In this document: positions 56,775 to 63,046 of the stretch, one piece after another
Layout of the letters: each line of letters starts with the position of its first letter
How positions within the stretch are numbered: the first letter of the stretch is position 1
Virus record (IMG/VR): IMGVR_UViG_3300020171_000006
Location: 1 to 63,046 of that record
Source of the DNA: a virus
Lineage: Duplodnaviria; Caudoviricetes
Length of the DNA stretch: 63,046 bases
Direction: 5' to 3' (one strand)
Translations under genes and position numbers: made by a program
Notes under the pieces: generated by a model
Database searches by the model: none
What the model was told of the DNA's origin: nothing
Seen by the model: the letters and a program-made list of their open reading frames with translations, nothing else

Positions 56775-57688
56775 TATCTGCTCCTTCTCCTGACAATATT
56801 AGACTGTACCCTTTCCTTTTCTGGTTCTTCTTCCTTTTCATCATCAAAAGGGAGGTCATCATCCTTTTCTTCAACCGGTTCTCTACGTCTTGCCGGTACT
56901 CGTTCCCTTATTGTTTCTTCCTCTGATTCTGATTCCTCAGTTCTACCACGCCTTGAACTACCTCTTACTGGTTCAGTTTCTTCCGATGTATCTTCAACCG
57001 CGCCACCCACTGCTTTTGACATCTCATTAATATCAGGTTTAATAAGCAGTTCATCGATAGATGGTAAATCATAATAATCATCAGGGATTTTTAATTCCCT
57101 ATCCTCAGTTTTAAATCCTCCATACTTAGTATTGAATCCTTCACCAATACGCTTGAAAACAATATTAATATTATCCTCAACTACATCATACAGAATTTCC
57201 CCTGTTCTGTCATTTACCACAATACCCGCAATACCAAGAATTATACCAGTAGCGGCATCATAAAGCATTGGTCCCTCAGCCAATGTACGCTTGTCCTTCA
57301 TGTTTGTAATCCAGAAGAGGTTACGCTTTGAGGGACGGTAATCCCTGAGAACCTCATCATCCTCACCGTCTTTTTCAAGAGTTCTTCTGTAATCACAAAC
57401 AGGACATTTCTCATTATTCATCCTCTCAGGGCAAAGAAATGAATTCTTGTTTGGTCCTACTGTATAATGTACCCAAACTTCTTTGTAGAATGCTGCTTCC
57501 TCTACTCTTGGTAATATGCCAAGATAAATTGAACCTGCTTTTGGTTTGAAGTATTTAACGTCATACTGATCCTGTAAAGTTTGTTCATCAGGTAGATAAT
57601 AGAGTGAACCACCCCGCTTTGATGATTTTTCAAATGCTTCTTTTTGTGCTTTGAGTCGCTCTTCTCTTGTAAACGCTTTTCTTGTCAT
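56774..57688 (-). CDS. Single-stranded DNA-binding protein (gp32-like)
   Basis: WVHY..C......CPVC zinc motif; acidic tail with DDDLPF. Confidence 0.78.
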   Translation of the reverse strand: MTRKAFTREERLKAQKEAFEKSSKRGGSLYYLPDEQTLQDQYDVKYFKPKAGSIYLGILPRVEEAAFYKEVWVHYTVGPNKNSFLCPERMNNEKCPVCDYRRTLEKDGEDDEVLRDYRPSKRNLFWITNMKDKRTLAEGPMLYDAATGIILGIAGIVVNDRTGEILYDVVEDNINIVFKRIGEGFNTKYGGFKTEDRELKIPDDYYDLPSIDELLIKPDINEMSKAVGGAVEDTSEETEPVRGSSRRGRTEESESEEETIRERVPARRREPVEEKDDDLPFDDEKEEEPEKERVQSNIVRRRSR

Positions 57689-57689
57689 T

Positions 57690-59063
57690 TTACTTTTTCC
57701 CATTTTTGATTGTGTAAGGTTGAGCATACATCATAAATCTACCAATTCTTAAATTCTGACCAATTAATATCCTCCCTGTTTGTGAACCATTCCGATTAGC
57801 AAAACACCCTATAATTACCTCTTTAAACCCATAATCATTCTCCTCCTCAATTACATCCGTTATATAAAATCCTCTGTCTATGTTTGCGAATTTTCGCCGA
57901 TCCTCAGATAACGTAGTACCATCAAATTTATAGTTTCTTTTCAATTCATCCGAACCCATATCATTAACCTGCGATGGAGTTACCATTAGTAATTTCTTAT
58001 CATCGGCGATACCTTTTAAAAATATATAAATCTCATTGATATTGTCCCTGGTTTGTTTCATACTGTCAAATGGTTTCATAATATCGGCATAATCATTAAT
58101 AACCACATCTGGATGAAAGTTCTGGAAGTTTTCTAAATTCTCAATATAAGCAAGTAATTCAAAAGGAGTACAAGAACCCATTGGATACTTTTTCACAATC
58201 AATTTACCACCAAATTTAGATAATTTCTTTCTAACAGCCAAAACCTTTTCCTTATTATAGACCGAACCACGCCACAGATATTTCTTTTTAATCTGATTAT
58301 CTTCCAGACTTCTAAACTCTATCTCCTCTTCCTGTTCATTATCAACAAGAGCACCAATCATCATATCATACCTTTTTAATGTGTCCTCTTCACTGTTCTC
58401 ATGAGAAACATGTAATACTGATAAACCCTGCATTAATGCCTTATATGCTATATAATGACAGAACCAAGATTTTCCACCTTTCTGCACTCCTGCAATAGTT
58501 ACTAAATCACCCCGCTGTAATCTAACATATCTATCAATATAACTGATTCCCAATTCAAGTAACCTTTCCGGTTTATCTCTCCTCTTTTCTAAATCAAGAG
58601 CAGAAAAATAGTCAGCACCAATATCCTGTTTACCAATGCCTGATTTAATTGCTTTCTGCATTTCTGCAATAGCTTCTTCATATCTATTATTTTCGAGTAA
58701 ATCAGCAAATTTGTATGTGGCATCTATTAATGACCTTTGCAGGATAAAATCATTTAACTTTGATAATACGTAATCCTTATTAGGTTCCAGTTCCTGAATG
58801 TAGTTTAAATATCTGGCTACCAGTTCCCGCTTATCATCATCCCACTTTGTAATCTTGCCTAATAGCTCATCTTGAAAATGTCTTCCTGGTGCTCTCTTAT
58901 ATTTCTGTATAAACTTTCTGGTAATCTTAAATACTAATTGAGTAACCTCTGAATTGAAGAATTCTATTTGTAATTGTCCCACTACCCCTTTGGCAAACTC
59001 ATCATCTGTTATAAGTAAAAATAGAATTGAATCCTGAAGATGTGAACTAACCGACTGCTCCAT
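57690..59063 (-). CDS. dnaB: Replicative helicase (DnaB/gp41-like)
   Basis: GVQKGGKS, SHE, DYAD, PSQ. Confidence 0.88.
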   Translation of the reverse strand: MEQSVSSHLQDSILFLLITDDEFAKGVVGQLQIEFFNSEVTQLVFKITRKFIQKYKRAPGRHFQDELLGKITKWDDDKRELVARYLNYIQELEPNKDYVLSKLNDFILQRSLIDATYKFADLLENNRYEEAIAEMQKAIKSGIGKQDIGADYFSALDLEKRRDKPERLLELGISYIDRYVRLQRGDLVTIAGVQKGGKSWFCHYIAYKALMQGLSVLHVSHENSEEDTLKRYDMMIGALVDNEQEEEIEFRSLEDNQIKKKYLWRGSVYNKEKVLAVRKKLSKFGGKLIVKKYPMGSCTPFELLAYIENLENFQNFHPDVVINDYADIMKPFDSMKQTRDNINEIYIFLKGIADDKKLLMVTPSQVNDMGSDELKRNYKFDGTTLSEDRRKFANIDRGFYITDVIEEENDYGFKEVIIGCFANRNGSQTGRILIGQNLRIGRFMMYAQPYTIKNGKK

Positions 59064-59071
59064 GCATCAAC

Positions 59072-59116
59072 CTCCCCTCTTATTATATTATATACGTTTT
59101 TTCGATGGTATTAAAA
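59072..59116 (-). promoter_or_regulatory. Promoter + RBS cassette (twin of 1031-1075)
   Basis: 42/45 identical; sits upstream of the helicase operon. Confidence 0.75.
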
Positions 59117-59345
59117 GAGAAATAAAAATTATTTTTAATTATTTTATCTTTTATCTAATTATTATTAAAATAATATAATATGTTATAACCTATTGCCCTA
59201 TAATAAGTTATATTATTTAATACTATAAATCATAAGAAATTTAAAACAGATATTTAATACTATAAAAATCTAACTTGTTATCTACCATATAGTTATAAGT
59301 AAAAATATAATTAGGTTTTAAAAATAATAATATTATATTTATATC
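59117..59345. other. Very AT-rich divergence region (candidate origin or early promoters)
   Basis: Strongly AT-rich, lies between divergent operons. Confidence 0.5.
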
Positions 59346-59519
59346 AAGAGAAGAAAGAAGAACCCGAAACCAAGGAGAGGCACTCCAGACCTGAACACGG
59401 CGGAAGTCCTACTAAATAGTCTGGAACAGCCCAAAGGGAAAGATTAAAACTGAAGAGATTGAAACTGAGTGCAATCCCCGACAATCGGTGGTGCAGAAAA
59501 GCGAAACTCAGACAATCAA

Positions 59520-59571
59520 AGGTCGCAGGTTCTTCCTCATACCTGCCTGAATGAAGCCAAAGCAGAAACCT
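59520..59571 (+). ncRNA. Hammerhead ribozyme-like element, type III, variant core
   Basis: AGGUC|GCAGGU-loop-ACCUGC CUGAAUGA AGC-CAAA-GCA GAAA CCU. Confidence 0.62.
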
Positions 59572-59600
59572 AACCATTCATTATAATAAGGAGAAGTAAG

Positions 59601-59765
59601 ATGACAACTAAACTTGAAATGTCCAGAATTATTGTACAGGCACTTTATAACCTGTCGGAATTGCCATCCACAGATGATAGCGAAGTTGTAAAAATCAGCA
59701 AAAAGAAAATAGACCATCTTGAAAAAAATTATGTAAGAGCTTGTAAAATACTCAAACTACAATAA
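59601..59765 (+). CDS. Early hypothetical protein (54 aa, not in ORF track)
   Basis: SD TAAGGAG; MTTKLEMSRIIVQALYN. Confidence 0.65.
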   Translation: MTTKLEMSRIIVQALYNLSELPSTDDSEVVKISKKKIDHLEKNYVRACKILKLQ

Positions 59766-59894
59766 TATCTGCTCCACCTTCCCCTACTTTCCTTCCAAGT
59801 CCTGAGCCCCCTTGCTCAGGCATACAGGAAATAGAGGACAGTTGGAAAATCCAGTGGCGAGACCTCAAACCTGATTCTAATAAGGAGAAGTGAG

Positions 59895-60083
59895 ATGAAT
59901 AAGCCCAAAGTAAAACTATCTGGAACTGATGAAAATGTTTTTGCTCTTGCAGGAAAATGTGCTTCCGCTCTCAAAAAACATAACATGTATAAAGAAGCAC
60001 AAGAAATGAATGAAAAAATATTTGCTTCTCATTCTTATGATGAAGCACTCCAAGTAATGATGAATTATGTTGATGTATCCTAA
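59895..60083 (+). CDS. Early hypothetical protein
   Basis: Near-identical TAATAAGGAGAAGT.AGATG leader to 59601. Confidence 0.75.
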   Translation: MNKPKVKLSGTDENVFALAGKCASALKKHNMYKEAQEMNEKIFASHSYDEALQVMMNYVDVS

Positions 60084-60212
60084 ACAGGTCTCCCGTGACA
60101 GGAGCTACCATACGCCCATCAGAAAGGATATTGATAAGCAGATGGAGTGTATCACGGTCCCATGAGGATTATGTAGACCTTCCCAATAATGAAAACATAA
60201 AACCAAGGAGAA

Positions 60213-60482
60213 ATGGAAATGAAAAAAATCGTAAAGTATGTGGTTTTCTCTCGGACGGGTCGTAATATTGGCAATAGTTACATGCATCGGGTATATCTGT
60301 CGATAGCGGGGCTTGATGTGGATGGACGGAAAGTGTATCAAGGGCACTCCCCATATATTATCACGCGGGGATATTGGGCGGAACACTACAGCAGCGGCCT
60401 GAACAAGAGGGATCAGGCCGAATATTACGCGGCGGAGCGGGAATTGACCGTGTTGAGTGCAGAAATGACGGTAGCATTATAA
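60213..60482 (+). CDS. Early hypothetical protein
   Basis: SD AAGGAG. Confidence 0.7.
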   Translation: MEMKKIVKYVVFSRTGRNIGNSYMHRVYLSIAGLDVDGRKVYQGHSPYIITRGYWAEHYSSGLNKRDQAEYYAAERELTVLSAEMTVAL

Positions 60483-60531
60483 CCAGTGACAAGACCCAAT
60501 TCTTGGAAAAACCCCAAACAAGGAGTCACCA

Positions 60532-61260
60532 ATGATAGCAAGAAGCGAAGAACTTGCAGTAGCAGGAATTCCCGAACCAGTATGGACAGACACCTGGCAT
60601 CCAATTTCTCACAAAAGATGCATCGAGAATCTAACATCTGTTTTTGATCACATGAATCTTCCAGTTATTAGAAAGGATTATTCACTCAGCAAAGATAACA
60701 ATCAAGTATTTGCGTCTTGGGTACTTGATAAGAGAGAAATTGATGGACTTTCCCCCACAGTCATCTGGAGAAATTCCACCGATAAACAATTCCCCTTTGG
60801 AATTGCGGGTGGGACGCATACTTTTATCTGCTCCAATCTCGCATTCACCGCTGATTCATTCCTGGAATTTAGAAAACATACAAAAGGAATGGATGATGGT
60901 GAACTTTATCGAGTAATGCTTTCTGGGGTTGAAAAAATTCTTCCTCTTACAGATTCCTTTTCCAAATGGCATCTTTCACTTCATGATGTAAAGTTAAGTT
61001 ATGGAGAAATGAAAGAGCTTGCCTACGATGCCATCATCAATGAGGTTGTTAGCCGGAGAAAAGTAAATCAGTTTAACGAAATGCTCTTTGGTGAGCAACC
61101 TTCCTATACCTGGAATGAATTGCATGGTTTTCATGGAGCATGCACCGAACTCATGCGGGACACTAATATGACAAACTCAATGAGTCGGCAAGCATCATTA
61201 TTCAGTTTCATTTCTGAACGGTATGGAAAATATTTACCAGAAATAAAGACTGTTCAGTAA
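60532..61260 (+). CDS. DUF932/DUF945-like protein
   Basis: WHPISH, RNSTD..F...G..TFICSN. Confidence 0.78.
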   Translation: MIARSEELAVAGIPEPVWTDTWHPISHKRCIENLTSVFDHMNLPVIRKDYSLSKDNNQVFASWVLDKREIDGLSPTVIWRNSTDKQFPFGIAGGTHTFICSNLAFTADSFLEFRKHTKGMDDGELYRVMLSGVEKILPLTDSFSKWHLSLHDVKLSYGEMKELAYDAIINEVVSRRKVNQFNEMLFGEQPSYTWNELHGFHGACTELMRDTNMTNSMSRQASLFSFISERYGKYLPEIKTVQ

Positions 61261-61328
61261 TTAAAATTAATTTCACATCCTTCCCCCTCCCCCTTTAGGG
61301 GGGAGGGGAATGTAAAATAAAAATTGTT
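61198..61328 (+). repeat. 131-bp direct repeat (copy of 763-893)
   Basis: See 763-893. Confidence 0.95.
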
Positions 61329-61384
61329 TAGTATCATTACAACCGATAAGATGACAGAATTAAACAAATAACAAGGGGGACACA

Positions 61385-61600
61385 ATGAGATTCGCAACGG
61401 GGGCGTTTACCGAAATCGAATTGAGAGTTACTGAACGTGAAACCGATCTGTCGCGTTATTGGATATTCAAACGGTCAGAACTGGCGCGGCTGAGTAATCA
61501 CGATCAACAGTATATCGCTGACATCATGTTCTCTCGATTCGGCGCGGAACCAGTTTACCCGAACGCTAAAATCCAGGCGCGGTACAGAGCAGCCAAATAA
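61385..61600 (+). CDS. Hypothetical protein
   Basis: SD AAGGGGG. Confidence 0.7.
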   Translation: MRFATGAFTEIELRVTERETDLSRYWIFKRSELARLSNHDQQYIADIMFSRFGAEPVYPNAKIQARYRAAK

Positions 61601-61660
61601 CCGGGTGCGATCCGGTCGGCAGTTAAACCATAACAGGACACACTAAACAAGGGGAGTATA

Positions 61661-61876
61661 ATGGAAACGAAAAGCAAAGGCTTTATAATCACCTATACAA
61701 CGCAAGACGGCGAAACAGCATACCTGAATAAGTTTCGTATGTGGGGCTTGCATAATATGAAACAGGACGCTGAAGTATTTGCCACTGAAGACGGTGCCAA
61801 GATGTGGAAGTGCACATTTATCAAAGTACAAATGGGGCCGGAATCGTATAAACAAGTTTCTGTCAGGCCATATTAG
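61661..61876 (+). CDS. Hypothetical protein
   Basis: SD GGGGAG. Confidence 0.7.
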   Translation: METKSKGFIITYTTQDGETAYLNKFRMWGLHNMKQDAEVFATEDGAKMWKCTFIKVQMGPESYKQVSVRPY

Positions 61877-61940
61877 AGCAGAGCCCCCCGGTTCGCCGGG
61901 GCGTAATGCACAACCCGGTGGCAAGTCCGGGAAACTTTAA
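61873..61940 (+). ncRNA. Twister ribozyme (P5-type permutation)
   Basis: GCA GAG CC / P1 with UUCG loop / UAA UGC AC / CCG GUGGCAAGU CCGG; both pseudoknots complementary. Confidence 0.75.
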
Positions 61941-61953
61941 CAGGAGGCGGGCG

Positions 61954-62253
61954 ATGGATAGCAAGATTACAAGATTCATGCGAGATACTCAATATATCGG
62001 CGTGAATCATAACAGCCGGGATACGTTCGGTGAATGGCGGCGAGAAATACACGTGGTGCAATTCCAGGGCCGTCCATTCGGCGGGTGCAGTGCGTATGAT
62101 GAAGTTTATGTCTATACACCCGAACTATGGAATAAGTACCTTGTAATGGCAATGAAACAAGCTGCCGATACGAATAGGGAAGTAGTGAAATCGGATCACT
62201 TTGTTTACCTTGCCCCGATCTGGATACATGGAGTTAAACAAGCCGAAGTATGA
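61954..62253 (+). CDS. Hypothetical protein
   Basis: Start MDSKI after AGGAGG. Confidence 0.7.
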   Translation: MDSKITRFMRDTQYIGVNHNSRDTFGEWRREIHVVQFQGRPFGGCSAYDEVYVYTPELWNKYLVMAMKQAADTNREVVKSDHFVYLAPIWIHGVKQAEV

Positions 62254-62306
62254 TAGGGTCTCTCGTGATCGTAACTACCATTGGCCGGCCGACAAGTCCG
62301 GGCATA
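62249..62306 (+). ncRNA. Degenerate twister-like element
   Basis: CGUAACUAC...CCGGCCGACAAGUCCGG; the GAG element is imperfect. Confidence 0.4.
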
Positions 62307-62320
62307 ACAAGAGAGGATGC

Positions 62321-62443
62321 ATGAAACTCACATACCGCGAGAACGGGCGGGTGATTGCCCGGCTATCAGCAGACGTAATTGTATTCGTGCCGCGCCGCAA
62401 GTCATGGGTAAGCTGGTTAATGAAACTATGGAGGAAACTATGA
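62321..62443 (+). CDS. Small hypothetical peptide
   Basis: SD GAGG; MKLTYR; ATGA coupling to the next gene. Confidence 0.5.
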   Translation: MKLTYRENGRVIARLSADVIVFVPRRKSWVSWLMKLWRKL

Positions 62444-62793
62444 GTATTCGGCACTCCGTCGAGTGTACCCGCACCGAGGCGGATGCGTTCCGCACCGAGG
62501 TCAAGGCATTTCTGGATTCGGAAAACTTGCAGTATCACCGTATAATTGCCTTGACTGCATATGAAGGAGAGGTACGGGTCTATACGGGCAATACTGTAAT
62601 GCGTCCGCGCCGGAGATCGGGGCGTAAGTTTGTAAGCGGCGATGGTAATACCTCAACCTATCTGATAACAAAAGGGCAGATAGAGGAGCTTGAATATACA
62701 TCTACCTTTCGTGATGAATGGTATAATCCTGAATATCAAGACGAGGAAAAAGCCGCATTGCGTAAGTTGCTTTCTCATCAATACGCATTTTAA
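62440..62793 (+). CDS. Hypothetical protein
   Basis: Start MSIRH after GGAGG. Confidence 0.7.
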   Translation: MSIRHSVECTRTEADAFRTEVKAFLDSENLQYHRIIALTAYEGEVRVYTGNTVMRPRRRSGRKFVSGDGNTSTYLITKGQIEELEYTSTFRDEWYNPEYQDEEKAALRKLLSHQYAF

Positions 62794-62807
62794 ACTGGAG
62801 GAATGAC

Positions 62808-63046
62808 ATGACCGAACAACATTCACCATTGACTATTGAAGTAAGCAAAAACACACTCGGCGATAAGATTACATACATTCGCGGAATTGATGACGAGATA
62901 GTATGTAGTTTTAAGACTTGCAATCTTTCGGGTGCCAAGATTGTCTCCGCATGTAATAGCTATAACAAGATGCGAAACCTGCTTGTGCTGATACTCGGCG
63001 GACACAAGCCAACCGAGACCGAAATCAAAGCCGCGCTGAAGGAGGA
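62808..63046 (+). CDS. 80-aa hypothetical protein spanning the circular junction (stop at 129-131)
   Basis: SD GGAGG; MTEQHSPL...AALKEE* completed by bases 128-131. Confidence 0.75.
   Translation, partial: MTEQHSPLTIEVSKNTLGDKITYIRGIDDEIVCSFKTCNLSGAKIVSACNSYNKMRNLLVLILGGHKPTETEIKAALKE
62920..63046. repeat. Terminal direct repeat, right copy
   Basis: Identical to 1-127. Confidence 0.97.

Noticed and set aside
59448-59465. Second hammerhead core CTGAAGAG-ATT-GAAAC
   Set aside because: There is no room for stem II and no matching stems I and III
62920-63046. 127-bp terminal repeat as a biological DTR
   Set aside because: The length matches a common assembler k-mer and it falls mid-ORF, so it indicates circularity only
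1-63046. Prophage or lysogeny module
   Set aside because: No integrase, ParAB or host flanks were recognised, although a divergent one cannot be excluded by eye

Overview
The window is an apparently complete circular dsDNA tailed-phage genome of about 62.9 kb. Bases 1-127 are repeated exactly at 62920-63046, which looks like an assembly overlap, and one ORF reads through the junction. It is a siphovirus-like virus (tape measure, tail tube, HK97-fold capsid and portal, TerL/TerS). I recognised no integrase, CRISPR array or canonical tRNA. From an AT-rich divergence point at about 59.1-59.35 kb, the minus strand carries replication genes (DnaB-like helicase, SSB, UvsY-like, RecA, Rad50 N-half, beta clamp, UDG-fused PolA, clamp loader). 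It continues through a DNA-modification locus (TAGT-like glycosyltransferase, amino-MTase) into packaging, head, tail and lysis genes. The plus strand carries early and accessory genes, Mre11, the Rad50 C-half, an SLT, a SNF2 helicase, a primase and a sigma-like factor. The most notable observations are: (1) three GT-B glycosyltransferases inside the virion operon next to a Ser-Asp-repeat fibre whose repeat is shared with the tail-end fibre, a candidate virion glycosylation system; (2) an early operon punctuated by ribozyme-like RNAs (twister, variant hammerhead); (3) a MuF-ADP-ribosyltransferase fusion with an unannotated coupled small ORF; (4) a Rad50 split across opposite strands; (5) several two-copy motifs and a cassette bracketed by direct repeats. 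All calls come from reading motifs by eye, with no database searches.
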